58,140 nucleotides of DNA. Source: an uncultured Verrucomicrobiales bacterium. Its GTDB lineage: Bacteria > Verrucomicrobiota > Verrucomicrobiia > Limisphaerales > JACDHS01. This document shows, piece by piece, positions 14,924 to 24,780 of the stretch (its first letter is position 1; each line of letters opens with the position of its first letter). The notes beneath the pieces were generated by a model that had not been told where the DNA came from, did no database searches, and worked only from the letters and a program-made list of their open reading frames with translations. The position numbers and the translations under genes were made by a program. The DNA is taken from NCBI GenBank assembly GCA_937983475.1, contig CALJZV010000083.1, positions 1 to 58,140 of the forward strand, given 5' to 3'.

Positions 14924-17509
14924 CTAGATCACTATGGTCTGCGGCAGGCTTTCGCGGCTGCCGAAGAGCTGGGTGATAGTATAAGTTTCCACGCCCGGTT
15001 CCGTAACCATAAAAGTCGGCGACGTCACGATGGTATCCACGCCCCCGGTGCTTACCACATGCCACTCAAGGCCCGCGCTGAAGGTTTTGTCCTCTGCCGG
15101 AAAGGTGTCGGGATCCTGATACAAGGTGCAGCGGCGCGGCTCGCACGCATCCCATGTAAGCGTTACGTCGTTCACCACGCGCACGCCCTGCAAGCGGTCG
15201 ACGGCGTAGGGGGTTTCCACGGTGAAGCCGTAGTCGTAATCGATGAAGCTCTCCGTCCCATAGTTCTGCGTGTTCCACGGCTGGAACCACAAACGCAGCT
15301 CAGCCTGACCGATGAAGGCCTTGTCGGCCGAGTTAAGACGGAACGGGGCAATCCACACAGGGTCGCCAGCCAAATGCTCAAGGAACCCGACCACGTTTTG
15401 CGGCCACACGGGCAACAAGTCGCGCAGTTCGAAGCTGCCGCCGCCAAGGTCGACAATTTCACGCACCGAGAAGATGGTGTAGTTCACGTGACTGTTAGGA
15501 ATGATGGAGTTGCGCCCGTCCATCACAGCCATGCGCTCACCATTTAGCCAAGCCTGCTCTGGGATTACTTCAGCCTCCACGCCCACGGCGTTGTTGATCA
15601 CGACGCTTGCAATGCGCGCCCGGTGGCCCGGCGCAAGGTTTGCGTCCAGCTCGCCTCGCCCGCTGAGCTCATACTGGCCGAGAGCAGGGTTGAGTTGGGC
15701 GTCCTCAAAGGTGCCGCCCTGCCCGCTCTTGTAACACGTGAAGCCTTGCACTTGCTCCCCAACCCGGCCCACACCCAGCGGGAAGACGGTTGGCTGCGGC
15801 GTGATCACATTCTCAGGGGTGGCGTCAAAGGCATCCTCAAAAAGCAAATCGGTGATGTTGAAGTCGATGGATTCATCGCCGCCGTCGGGCAGCGTTCCCA
15901 CGACTACACTGCCAAGGCCAAAGATGTCCTCCACCATCTCAACGTCATATTTCTGGTCGCTGCTTTGGCCGCCACCCGTGCCAAGCACGCGGCAGATGAG
16001 CTCGCTGAATTCCCCGCGTGTGCTGTTGACCTTAACCACGTCGCCGGGGTGGAGGACAATGTCCTTGCGGCTGAGTTTGCAAGTAATGCGGGCCAGCGGC
16101 AGGAACAGCTTCCGCTGTAGACGGGCGAGGGCGTGGCTGGTGGCTTCTTCGCGCGTGAAGAAGGGCCAAACCACCTCCTTCGCCTTGATGTGCTGGAGGA
16201 TGGATTGGTTGGCGTCATTGCTGAGGCGATGGGGCCGTAGTTTCCAGTGGAACCTGTCAATCCACTTGACCTCCAGCTGGGTGTAGACGTCTTCCCACCC
16301 GGCGCGCTCAAGCACTAGGTCATCATAGCGGTCCTCATCAAGCACGGGCAGCGTGTTGGGGTCATAGTCATCGCGGATTAGCTTATACTGATACTTCCCG
16401 ATCTCCTCGTTATAGAAAAGGATGCTGTCCACATGGTCATGGATCTTTTGAATCCAGTCCGCTGCGGTTTTCTGCGTGCTCATTGTTAAGCTGATGCCGC
16501 TGTCCTCAGCAACAAGCGTGGCCGCCGCATCCTGGAAGGAAACCAAATCAATCCGATTGGTTGGTTCTTTGAGGAAGCGCACAAGGATATCATAAACAAC
16601 CCCGGCAGGGTTGGCATCGCCGCTGATGGCCGTGGCCCATGGATATTCATTTTCCAGCGTGTGCTGCGCCACCACTTGGAACGGCTCCACGCTGGTCGTG
16701 TTATCCCCGATGAACGCTCGCCTCATGCTGAGGTAGCTTATACCGTTATTCTTGATAGGAAAGCCCGTCAGGTCTTCGTAGACGCTGTCTACGTAGGTGG
16801 TCTGCGTGCCGTCTACAAACCGAATACGGCTGGGGCCAGTGTTGGAGCCATTGGTAGGCGTAACCGTGCCCGTCTGGGCGCGGAAGGTGTCTTCCTCCAC
16901 TGGGTCGATGAGGGTAAGGGGCAGGTCGCCGGTGGGAGACGGCTCATTGCGCTTACGGAATTCAAGCAGGGTGTCTACGACGCCGCCGATGGCGTAAACC
17001 ATGTCGAGGAAGTAAGCCCAACCAACAACCACCTCAGTGGACTCACCCTTGCCGCCGTCTACCTGTTGCTTGATCTTCTTGGCCCGGAGGTTGCCATACG
17101 CAATCAGATTGAGCGACACCAAGCGCGTGCCGTAAATTTCTGCAACTGGCTTATCCTCATCCGCAGTAGGCACCGTCACCTCGTCCTGTGCCGCAGTGCT
17201 TTCCTGCGCCTGCGCTGTGCTGGGCTGGAATAACAGGAACGCCGCAATGCCGAGCACCAGCCCAACAATGACGCCGATTATAATGGTCGTGATGACGCCA
17301 ATGCTGGGCGAAGCCCCCGTGACTGTCTGCACGTGACGCCAGTATTTAGCCTCACCGTAGACCAATCCGGCACCCAACAGCACCGTGATAGCGATGAGCG
17401 CGCTGGCCAAAGCGTAACGGCCCCGGCTGATGCCTTTAGGCAACTCGGGCCGGTAGAGTTTGGCCTTCCAATAGTAATAGCGGAGGTCTTGTTTTAGTTG
17501 ATTCCACAT
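14924..17509 (-). CDS. Lambda-J / GTA host-specificity-like tail tip protein with an N-terminal two-TM extension
   Basis: DGGKGESTEVVVGWAYFLDMVYAIGGVVDTLLEF resembles the J-family N-terminal region. Sits downstream of the BR0599-like gene. Two hydrophobic helices lie within aa 30-100. Confidence 0.6.
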   Translation of the reverse strand: MWNQLKQDLRYYYWKAKLYRPELPKGISRGRYALASALIAITVLLGAGLVYGEAKYWRHVQTVTGASPSIGVITTIIIGVIVGLVLGIAAFLLFQPSTAQAQESTAAQDEVTVPTADEDKPVAEIYGTRLVSLNLIAYGNLRAKKIKQQVDGGKGESTEVVVGWAYFLDMVYAIGGVVDTLLEFRKRNEPSPTGDLPLTLIDPVEEDTFRAQTGTVTPTNGSNTGPSRIRFVDGTQTTYVDSVYEDLTGFPIKNNGISYLSMRRAFIGDNTTSVEPFQVVAQHTLENEYPWATAISGDANPAGVVYDILVRFLKEPTNRIDLVSFQDAAATLVAEDSGISLTMSTQKTAADWIQKIHDHVDSILFYNEEIGKYQYKLIRDDYDPNTLPVLDEDRYDDLVLERAGWEDVYTQLEVKWIDRFHWKLRPHRLSNDANQSILQHIKAKEVVWPFFTREEATSHALARLQRKLFLPLARITCKLSRKDIVLHPGDVVKVNSTRGEFSELICRVLGTGGGQSSDQKYDVEMVEDIFGLGSVVVGTLPDGGDESIDFNITDLLFEDAFDATPENVITPQPTVFPLGVGRVGEQVQGFTCYKSGQGGTFEDAQLNPALGQYELSGRGELDANLAPGHRARIASVVINNAVGVEAEVIPEQAWLNGERMAVMDGRNSIIPNSHVNYTIFSVREIVDLGGGSFELRDLLPVWPQNVVGFLEHLAGDPVWIAPFRLNSADKAFIGQAELRLWFQPWNTQNYGTESFIDYDYGFTVETPYAVDRLQGVRVVNDVTLTWDACEPRRCTLYQDPDTFPAEDKTFSAGLEWHVVSTGGVDTIVTSPTFMVTEPGVETYTITQLFGSRESLPQTIVI

Positions 17510-17515
17510 GGTGGC

Positions 17516-18331
17516 TTAATATCCATCCAATACGGGATTCTTGCGTGGCATCTTAGGCATCCCTCCATAGTTGGCGATGTTGCCATCGGGACCGGGGCTA
17601 CTGGGCGGGAAGAACTTGCTCTGGCAAGTGCCCTCCAGTTTGTCGCAGCCCGCGATGAACTGATAGTTCGGATTGGTGGCGCGGATAAAGGGGCTGAGTG
17701 TGATCACGGTGTCGCCCACATGGCTAATCACGAACAGCTCCTCCACGCCATTGCGCACTTTGCCCAGCCTAAAGAAGTCGCCGCCATAGGCAGCGATGTC
17801 CGGGTGCGTGAACTCCAAGCCGCTGGCACTAATAACCAACGTCGGATCCCCCGAGGACACCGTCAATCTGAATGCTCCTTGCCCCACCACCGGAGGCGCG
17901 GTTAGGTCGCCCTCGTTCACCCCGCAAGTGCCGTCCTGATAAAGTGGAAACTGGCAGCTACGGCTGTAGGTGCGGTTCGGTATTTTAGAATCTAAAAAGC
18001 GCGACACCACTCTCACGCGAAACTCCACAATTCCCCGTTTGAAAGTATATTTGGCGTTGAGGATTTTACCGGACAGAATGATGACGCCCGTGCTCTCTTC
18101 ATAAACGTCCACCCACATCGGATGCGACGGATTGTTTACCGTAAACAGCAGACTCGGCTCAACGTCCAGCGGCATGGTGATGTTGATTTCCTGATCCTCA
18201 ATTGTCTGCTCCCACTTTTTACGGCGTATGGGGGCGGGCAGCCATTGCAGGGCAAGGAAGGTGATGGCGCGTTTGCTGTCGTTAAAACGCCACTCGTCAA
18301 TCTCGGTTCGGAATCTATACAACTGCGGCAT
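17516..18331 (-). CDS. DUF2163 / phage BR0599-family distal tail protein
   Basis: C-terminal GCDKLEGTCQSKFF...NIANYGGMPKMP matches the BR0599 signature. Confidence 0.65.
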   Translation of the reverse strand: MPQLYRFRTEIDEWRFNDSKRAITFLALQWLPAPIRRKKWEQTIEDQEINITMPLDVEPSLLFTVNNPSHPMWVDVYEESTGVIILSGKILNAKYTFKRGIVEFRVRVVSRFLDSKIPNRTYSRSCQFPLYQDGTCGVNEGDLTAPPVVGQGAFRLTVSSGDPTLVISASGLEFTHPDIAAYGGDFFRLGKVRNGVEELFVISHVGDTVITLSPFIRATNPNYQFIAGCDKLEGTCQSKFFPPSSPGPDGNIANYGGMPKMPRKNPVLDGY

Positions 18332-18981
18332 TAAACCGTCTCCCTTTGCAGCTCAACAAACCGCAGGCGCGCGCTACTGGAGTAGGCGTCATTGATGACC
18401 GGGTCGGTGGCCTCACGATTAAACCGCTGGTCTGCCTCTATGGCAAACTCGTCCTCGCTAAATCGCACGAAGTAGAAAAACTGCGCCCGGTCACCGGGTT
18501 CCACATCGGTGGGGATGGGCGGCACAACTTCAAGCGTGAGGCGATTGAGAACTTCATCCGTTGTAAAGCCAAGGATTTTATGCAGGCTATCAGTGGATCG
18601 GATGTAGATGTAGCGCGTATGAAACTCAAGATCAAAGCGCAGCTCGTCGGCCTCGCTGCCCAACAGGCGCACCACTAGGAACGCGCTGGGAGCCGTGGCC
18701 GGTTCAGCGAACTCAATATCGTCCTTATACGAAAGCACCCAGAACGGCACAGTGCGCCCGGTGTGGGCATCAAAGAAATCCTGAATTTCCCTGCGCTGTT
18801 CTTGACTGTCCTGGAACACCGTAAAGTCCAGCACACTTTCACTTGGCTCGTTACGCCATTTGACTTGACGTTGGTGCTGCTCACCGAGGATCACGTAATT
18901 GTTCTTGATGGCGTAGGTTAGCCGTTCGCGCGGTGCAATTTCCAGCACGTCAAAGCCGTTGAAGGTAGGAGGCAAAGGCAT
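18331..18981 (-). CDS. DUF2460-like distal tail protein
   Basis: Lies immediately upstream of the BR0599-like gene. Contains IQDFFDAHTGRTVPFW. Confidence 0.5.
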   Translation of the reverse strand: MPLPPTFNGFDVLEIAPRERLTYAIKNNYVILGEQHQRQVKWRNEPSESVLDFTVFQDSQEQRREIQDFFDAHTGRTVPFWVLSYKDDIEFAEPATAPSAFLVVRLLGSEADELRFDLEFHTRYIYIRSTDSLHKILGFTTDEVLNRLTLEVVPPIPTDVEPGDRAQFFYFVRFSEDEFAIEADQRFNREATDPVINDAYSSSARLRFVELQRETV

Positions 18982-18982
18982 C

Positions 18983-20053
18983 TTAGCGAATCTCCACCAT
19001 GGTCAGCTTGCCACTGTTACGCCGTTCCAGTAAGAATTCAAAGCTGGTGCTCTGCTGCGGCGTTGCGCTAATAGCAGGCAGCACAAAGTCACCCGGTAAA
19101 AAGCCTACACCGGGCGGGCTGTCTAATACAATATCCGTCGGGTTGATCGTATCGATTGGGCGCACGGCAAAGGTGCGTTCGTTGACGCCCTTGGTGTTTC
19201 CGATGATGACCACCTGATCCACCTTATCAAACTCCCTGTTGGCCGTGGAATCAACGAAGATACAGGGATCCACGTCGCTGGTGGCTTGGGTGAGGGTGCT
19301 GAGGCTGAACCACAGGGGCGTGACCAGTAGGATGCCCGAGCCAAAGCGTATCAGGTTCTCCAACCGCGATAGGTCTTGCCGGTTAAAAGATTTGATGTTC
19401 ATGTTTACCGTGCGCACGGGGATCGGGTCGTTGCTGAGCTGCTCGCGTTGCTCCTTGCCGCCCACGCTGCGGAAGACGTTGGTGACGAAGGCCCGGCTTT
19501 CGCTGTAGCCCTCAAGCAAAGGTTCGTTGATAAGCACTGCGCCGCGAAAGCCAATGATGTGCTCCAGCAAATCTTGGAGATCGTATTCAAACGTGTAGAA
19601 CGCATCTATGACGATGGGGCCAATGTTGCTTACCGTAAACGACACCACGACGCTCTGAGTTGGCGGCAGCTGATCCGGCGGGGAAACCCCCGTAAGCTGG
19701 ATGCCCTCGGTGTTCAACTCTACGATATTGTTGAGCGTGGCCGTTTGCAACGTGTTGTTGTAGTTGTTCCAAATCACAGCGGTGAACACTTGCGGCGTGG
19801 CAATAAACCCGGCATCAATTTGCTCGGGCTTAATCAGCAGTCGCTCGTTGATGAGGTCGTCAAAGCTGGTGGCCAAGGCGCACGCGTGAATCGTCTGCGG
19901 AAAATTAGGCTTTGGCACGTCCACCGTCTGCGGGCACGACTGCGGTGAAGATGCAAGCACCGGCACCGCTGCCGACGGTATGGTGGGAGGGTCGCCGTAG
20001 CCAAGGTCGACGCCTACGGGGTCGGTGATGGTTTGGCAGGGGAAGGTCGCCAC
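18983..20053 (-). CDS. Hypothetical tail or baseplate protein
   Basis: Tightly packed ORF in the tail module. Confidence 0.4.
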   Translation of the reverse strand: MATFPCQTITDPVGVDLGYGDPPTIPSAAVPVLASSPQSCPQTVDVPKPNFPQTIHACALATSFDDLINERLLIKPEQIDAGFIATPQVFTAVIWNNYNNTLQTATLNNIVELNTEGIQLTGVSPPDQLPPTQSVVVSFTVSNIGPIVIDAFYTFEYDLQDLLEHIIGFRGAVLINEPLLEGYSESRAFVTNVFRSVGGKEQREQLSNDPIPVRTVNMNIKSFNRQDLSRLENLIRFGSGILLVTPLWFSLSTLTQATSDVDPCIFVDSTANREFDKVDQVVIIGNTKGVNERTFAVRPIDTINPTDIVLDSPPGVGFLPGDFVLPAISATPQQSTSFEFLLERRNSGKLTMVEIR

Positions 20054-20055
20054 AC

Positions 20056-21063
20056 TTAGACCTCCCTGATGGCCACGCCGCTGAACTGCTCCGGATGCTG
20101 CACACGCTTGCTACGCACTGCGGGAAACACCCTGTAAGACTCCGGCCCAACCGTAAGCAGCTGCGCCTCACCGATTTGTTCGGTGTTGATGTAGAAGGCC
20201 CGGCGCATCTCTCCCATCGGGGCGTGCTTGCCCGCGATCGTAGAGTGAGGCACATAGAGAATGGACGGGATCATGGCGGGCACGATATTAGAGTCGCTCG
20301 TATTGTAGTGGGAGTGCGGAATAATGTTGTCTGCAAAGTTGTTGCCGCTGCCACTGGTGCCGCGTGCGAAACTGAACGCGCTACGCGCGTTATTCTGCGC
20401 ACCGCCTGCGTAAATTTGTTCCCAGTTGCCCGCGTGACTTAACACATGGCCGAAGTCGTTGCCCGACTCACCCTTTAGACCGTAGATGCTCACGTGGGCA
20501 AAGCCGCCGCTGACGAGGCCGCTGTCGTAATCAAAGTCATTATCCGTATAACCAGCGACGGACACATTGCCCACCGAATATTCCCCATTATTCACGCCGT
20601 TAAACGTGGCGATCTGCCCGATGGAAAAATTCTGGTAAACGCCTGTCCCGGCATCCACCTCAACGATGCCGTGCAGATACTCATCGTCGCCGATGAGCCA
20701 CCAATTATGGTTCATCACTGGCAGGCCGGAGCCGCCTTTATCGTTATCGGTATCTTGGATAGACATGGCTTCTTGAGGATTGTATGCGCTGGGCTGCGTA
20801 AAGATATTGTTCAGCAGATCCACAGGATCCACCACCTTGAACGGGAAGCGCGGGCGCGTTGCGCCGATCTGGGTAGAGAACATGAAGTCTTTGCCCCCGG
20901 TGCGGCGAATCACTAAGTCGCTGTCATCCACAAGGCCGGGCACATTGGGTGAATCCCGCCTATTTACCACAGACCAGTTCGCATGAGCCGTGGCCCATGC
21001 TTCAATCGCGTCTAAAACTTGAATCTGTCCGTTGGCTACGCCATTTTGAGCTAAGATGGCCAT
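20056..21063 (-). CDS. Hypothetical tail protein, distant paralogue of 21075..22031
   Basis: Shared landmarks: HNWWLIGD versus HTWWLMD, and C-terminal PMGE..F.I versus PLGQ..F.I. Confidence 0.4.
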   Translation of the reverse strand: MAILAQNGVANGQIQVLDAIEAWATAHANWSVVNRRDSPNVPGLVDDSDLVIRRTGGKDFMFSTQIGATRPRFPFKVVDPVDLLNNIFTQPSAYNPQEAMSIQDTDNDKGGSGLPVMNHNWWLIGDDEYLHGIVEVDAGTGVYQNFSIGQIATFNGVNNGEYSVGNVSVAGYTDNDFDYDSGLVSGGFAHVSIYGLKGESGNDFGHVLSHAGNWEQIYAGGAQNNARSAFSFARGTSGSGNNFADNIIPHSHYNTSDSNIVPAMIPSILYVPHSTIAGKHAPMGEMRRAFYINTEQIGEAQLLTVGPESYRVFPAVRSKRVQHPEQFSGVAIREV

Positions 21064-21074
21064 CAGTCACTCCT

Positions 21075-22031
21075 CTATTGTAAACCCACACAGGCAAAGC
21101 TATTGATATCGGTGCGGAAAGCATTTTGGAAAACCAAATGATCCACGCCCCCGCACTGCACCTCATCATCTTGACTCAAGCCGGTGCCTATCACGTGAAA
21201 CACGTCGTCAAACTGGCCCAAGGGCTGTTCCTGCGCGTCTCCCACTCCAGCGTTGATATTAGCGATCACCATAACGGGCGTGCGGATATACTCGTTGTTC
21301 TCCGTCACAGTGACGTCCAGCATGTTGGAGCCGCCTTGCGTAAAGGCGTCGATGTAGGCGTGCGGGTTGGTAAAGAACCGCAGCTCGGTATCCTGTAGCG
21401 CGGCCTGACTTAGTTCTCGAGCGCGCGCCCACTGGCCGTTCGGTGTGCGCATGTGCGCGGTAGATTCAATGCCTACACCGCCGCGCCTGTCCATGAGCCA
21501 CCATGTATGCTTATCGTTCGTATCGGAAGGCTGCTCATCCTCGTTGTGCATGGCCCCAATGAACAACGGCTGGGGGAAATCACTTGGCGGCCCATACGGA
21601 GTAATCCATCCAATATAGCACGACTCAATCACCGTGCTCACGTTTACCACAATCACAGCCCGCTGCCCGTTGGCGACAAACGTATAGGCCATCGCTCCAT
21701 TACTCAAGAGCATTCTTGGCACCCCGGCCACAACAGGGATGGAACCGGGTTGGTCGTTGAAATCCAGCAGGGTGTCAAACCCAACCGCGCCCTGCATTCT
21801 CCAGAGGTAGTGCGCGCTTGGGCCATCGCTAAAGGTCTGGACGTTCATGTAGATCTCGTCCAAGCCCGATAGCCCCGGTGCCCTGTAGTAAACCTCACCA
21901 TCCACGGTGAAACCTGTGGTCGTGTTCTTCAGCACCGTCCACGCTTGGCCGCCGCCTAAGCCGGTGACGAACGTGGTGAACTGGTCAAGGAGGTCCAGAT
22001 AGTCGGTTGCGTTGCCCTGTTGAAAAGCCAT
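21075..22031 (-). CDS. Hypothetical tail protein, distant paralogue of 20056..21063
   Basis: See the 20056..21063 entry. Lies directly downstream of the tape measure gene. Confidence 0.4.
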   Translation of the reverse strand: MAFQQGNATDYLDLLDQFTTFVTGLGGGQAWTVLKNTTTGFTVDGEVYYRAPGLSGLDEIYMNVQTFSDGPSAHYLWRMQGAVGFDTLLDFNDQPGSIPVVAGVPRMLLSNGAMAYTFVANGQRAVIVVNVSTVIESCYIGWITPYGPPSDFPQPLFIGAMHNEDEQPSDTNDKHTWWLMDRRGGVGIESTAHMRTPNGQWARARELSQAALQDTELRFFTNPHAYIDAFTQGGSNMLDVTVTENNEYIRTPVMVIANINAGVGDAQEQPLGQFDDVFHVIGTGLSQDDEVQCGGVDHLVFQNAFRTDINSFACVGLQ

Positions 22032-22037
22032 TGTCTC

Positions 22038-24251
22038 TTATCCTTCTAATTCCCTGCGCACAACATTGCGGATCGCGATTTCACCGTCGCGGGTGTCCAC
22101 AAAGTCGCCCACAATACTTGGATCAAACACATTTTGATTATTGATCGTCACATTGGGCGGCGGCACGGTTACGCTCACCAGTGGTTCAACCTGCTGGCGG
22201 TCCGGGGCGGCGAAGTCCTCGTTCCCCTGCGTATCTTCAAACCCAGCACCGCCGCCTGTGGCGCGGAAAGCGTCGATGCCTTCCTGTATGGAGCGCAGCC
22301 CGGCCAGATTGCCGCGATTAAGATTATCGAGCGCGGCCACACCCCGGCGATTGACAACAAACTCGCCCGTCTGCAGCACGGCGTTCACCTCGTCTGCTTG
22401 GGTAGCCCGGCCAAACCCTTCCCGCCGCCGTGCGCTGTTGCCCGTAAAGGCGACGAGGCCGCCGTCGTGGAAGCTCTGAGCGGGTTCTGTGGCTGCGATC
22501 TGTGCCACACGCGCCGTTCCCGCTGCGATCGTTGTGGCGACAGCTGCTGTAGCCAGCCCCAACCCGATGATCGGTATGCCCGCCAGCGAAGCGAACGCGG
22601 CTTGGGCTGCGCGGATTGTATCAATGATGGTCTGCGCAATGGCAAACGCCTTGAAGGCCGCAAAGGCTTTCTGATTTTCCCGGCCCGAAGCCTCAAAGCC
22701 CGCCTTGGCCAGTGCGGCAAACCCGCCGAAGAAGCTGCTGGCAATGCTTAACCGTTGTTCGGATGCTGCGGCGTCACGTTCAATTTCCAGCTGCCTGAAC
22801 TCCTCGGAAGTCTCGGAAAGCCCTTCCAGCTGTTGCGTCAATTGCTCAATACGGTTTTCGCCTTCGGTAAACGCTTCGCCAGCGCGTAGGAACTCTCCAA
22901 AGCCGCTGCCCAGCAAACCGCCGAAGCCACTTAGTTCGCCTTCAAGGTTGAGACGGCTGAACGCATCTTGGGCAATAGCCAGCTGGTCACGCGTGGCGTC
23001 GTTCTGCCTCTGGATAACATCCAGCCTCTTCTCTTCCTCTTGCGTAAGGTCACGGAGGTTGTTGCCCAGCTCGATGGAAAGCACCGTTTGCTCGGCGCGT
23101 AAATCCTTGATCTGTTCCTCAAGGTCAAACAGCTCGTCGGAAGTCAGTTTGGTTTTGTCCTGCTCTTCCAAAATGCGGATCTGCGTGGCAAGGATTTGGT
23201 TCTGCAGAGTAAAGCGTTGTCGCAGGCTAGCCTCGGTCTCCTCACTGCCCGCAGCAATAGCATCTTGGATAGCAAGTTCGCGCGTAAGATTGCCAAGCTG
23301 TTGCTGGAGTTGTTGTCCAAGAGCCTCTGCCGCATTAACGGCCAAAGCCGTTCCCACCGCAGTCCCAATCTCGGGAAGGTCTGAATTCAGGAGCTCTTGG
23401 ATCTCGCCGCTAAACTTATCACGGAATTCCTCGCCCGACCGTATGCCTTCTAAGCTAAAGAATGAGGTGATGCTGGCAAGGTCGCTTTCCAGAGCCTCAA
23501 AGATGGCCCGCCGCTTGGCCTGTTGCTCACGCTCAATATCCTCTAGGGCAATGCGGACAGGGGTATCGTCAATGTCAAACTGTAGCTGGATGCCTTGGCG
23601 CGAACCAAGGCGGCCCCCGGTTAAACGCTGCACGAGGGAATTGGCGCGGTCCAAAAACCTGAGGAACTGGTTCACCCGGCGCGTGAAGAAGGTAAGAGGG
23701 TTCTCCAAGATGTCCAGAACAACCGTTGCCGAACGCTTGAAGAATGTCTCTACCTCGTTGCCCAGCAACTTAATCTCGGCCACGAACTTCAGAGTGTTCG
23801 TCACGAGAGTCTGGATACCCTGCGTCACTGGCCCAACCGACCGGGCGATGAACCCAATGGCCTGCCCAATAGCGGCGAACACAGCAGACAGTCGCAACGC
23901 GATGATCTCCTTGTTAGCCTGCAAGAAGCTACGGATCGTGATGAGGGTTTCCTTGAGGCTGTCGCCAAATGGGGCAAGGCCCAGCAAAATAATTTCACCG
24001 ATGACCTCTGTGATGTCACCGAAGATGTTGAGCAGCTGCCGCAGCCCGCCGGATTCTGTTTCGGCTGCGGCCCGTGCAACGCCGCCAAATTGCGTTTCCA
24101 ATTCCTTAAGAATCAGCGTTTGTGCGCCAAGGATATCGCCGCTCTCCTGCAGAACCCTGATTTGATCCTTTTGCTGCTCACTGAACGTGATGCCTACGCG
24201 CTGCAAAGCAGTCACGGATTGGATCATTGAGGGCTTTGCCCAACTGCACAA
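22038..24251 (-). CDS. Tape measure protein, C-terminal ORF
   Basis: Begins ..SVTALQRVGITFSEQQKDQIRVLQESGDILGAQTLILKELETQFGG (TMP core motif), followed by long helical/coiled-coil sequence. Confidence 0.85.
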   Translation of the reverse strand: MCSWAKPSMIQSVTALQRVGITFSEQQKDQIRVLQESGDILGAQTLILKELETQFGGVARAAAETESGGLRQLLNIFGDITEVIGEIILLGLAPFGDSLKETLITIRSFLQANKEIIALRLSAVFAAIGQAIGFIARSVGPVTQGIQTLVTNTLKFVAEIKLLGNEVETFFKRSATVVLDILENPLTFFTRRVNQFLRFLDRANSLVQRLTGGRLGSRQGIQLQFDIDDTPVRIALEDIEREQQAKRRAIFEALESDLASITSFFSLEGIRSGEEFRDKFSGEIQELLNSDLPEIGTAVGTALAVNAAEALGQQLQQQLGNLTRELAIQDAIAAGSEETEASLRQRFTLQNQILATQIRILEEQDKTKLTSDELFDLEEQIKDLRAEQTVLSIELGNNLRDLTQEEEKRLDVIQRQNDATRDQLAIAQDAFSRLNLEGELSGFGGLLGSGFGEFLRAGEAFTEGENRIEQLTQQLEGLSETSEEFRQLEIERDAAASEQRLSIASSFFGGFAALAKAGFEASGRENQKAFAAFKAFAIAQTIIDTIRAAQAAFASLAGIPIIGLGLATAAVATTIAAGTARVAQIAATEPAQSFHDGGLVAFTGNSARRREGFGRATQADEVNAVLQTGEFVVNRRGVAALDNLNRGNLAGLRSIQEGIDAFRATGGGAGFEDTQGNEDFAAPDRQQVEPLVSVTVPPPNVTINNQNVFDPSIVGDFVDTRDGEIAIRNVVRRELEG

Positions 24252-24768
24252 CGGAACTCTGCAGATCTTGTCCTAGGGCTTGGCTCAGATTCAAAGCTGT
24301 TTCAATTGCCGCCGGAAACACTTCACGTCCAATCTGTGTAAATGTTAAAAGCACAGCTTGACCGGCAATAATAGTTTCATCACCAAATGTAGTCACATCC
24401 TGTAGCGCACTGGCCATGCCTTGCAGCTCTTCGGATGTCAACCGAGCAATGCCCTGCGTTGACTCCAGCACGGCGTTCAGCTGGGCAACCGCCTGTTCCT
24501 GTTCAGCAAAGGCGCGCACCGTTTGCCGCACAGCTGCCGTCAGCACCACGCCGCCGAATACCGTGCCGATCAGGTTCCTGACGTTGAGCAGGGATCTGCG
24601 TAGCCGCCCCAGCACGCCGGTCACGCGCCGGATTGCGCTGTCAAAGCGACGGCTGCGGCTGGCAGCGCGATCAAAGCCGCGCCCAACCTCAAGCAGCTCA
24701 CCCTTGGCATTGCGTAGGGTGCCAACACCTCGGTCATCGACCTCGAAAACTAGACTGACTGTGGGCAT
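24178..24768 (-). CDS. Tape measure protein, N-terminal ORF, separated from the rest by a frame change
   Basis: Ends ..LSQALGQDLQSSVVQLGKALNDPI, then 12 off-motif residues and a stop. The motif continues in the other frame. Confidence 0.8.
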   Translation of the reverse strand: MPTVSLVFEVDDRGVGTLRNAKGELLEVGRGFDRAASRSRRFDSAIRRVTGVLGRLRRSLLNVRNLIGTVFGGVVLTAAVRQTVRAFAEQEQAVAQLNAVLESTQGIARLTSEELQGMASALQDVTTFGDETIIAGQAVLLTFTQIGREVFPAAIETALNLSQALGQDLQSSVVQLGKALNDPIRDCFAARRHHVQ

Positions 24769-24780
24769 GGGTGCGGTTCC

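Noticed and set aside
22705-24165. 486-aa ORF antisense to the tape measure gene
   Set aside because: The translation is Ser/Arg/Cys-rich nonsense. The opposite strand carries the tape measure motifs and fits the operon.
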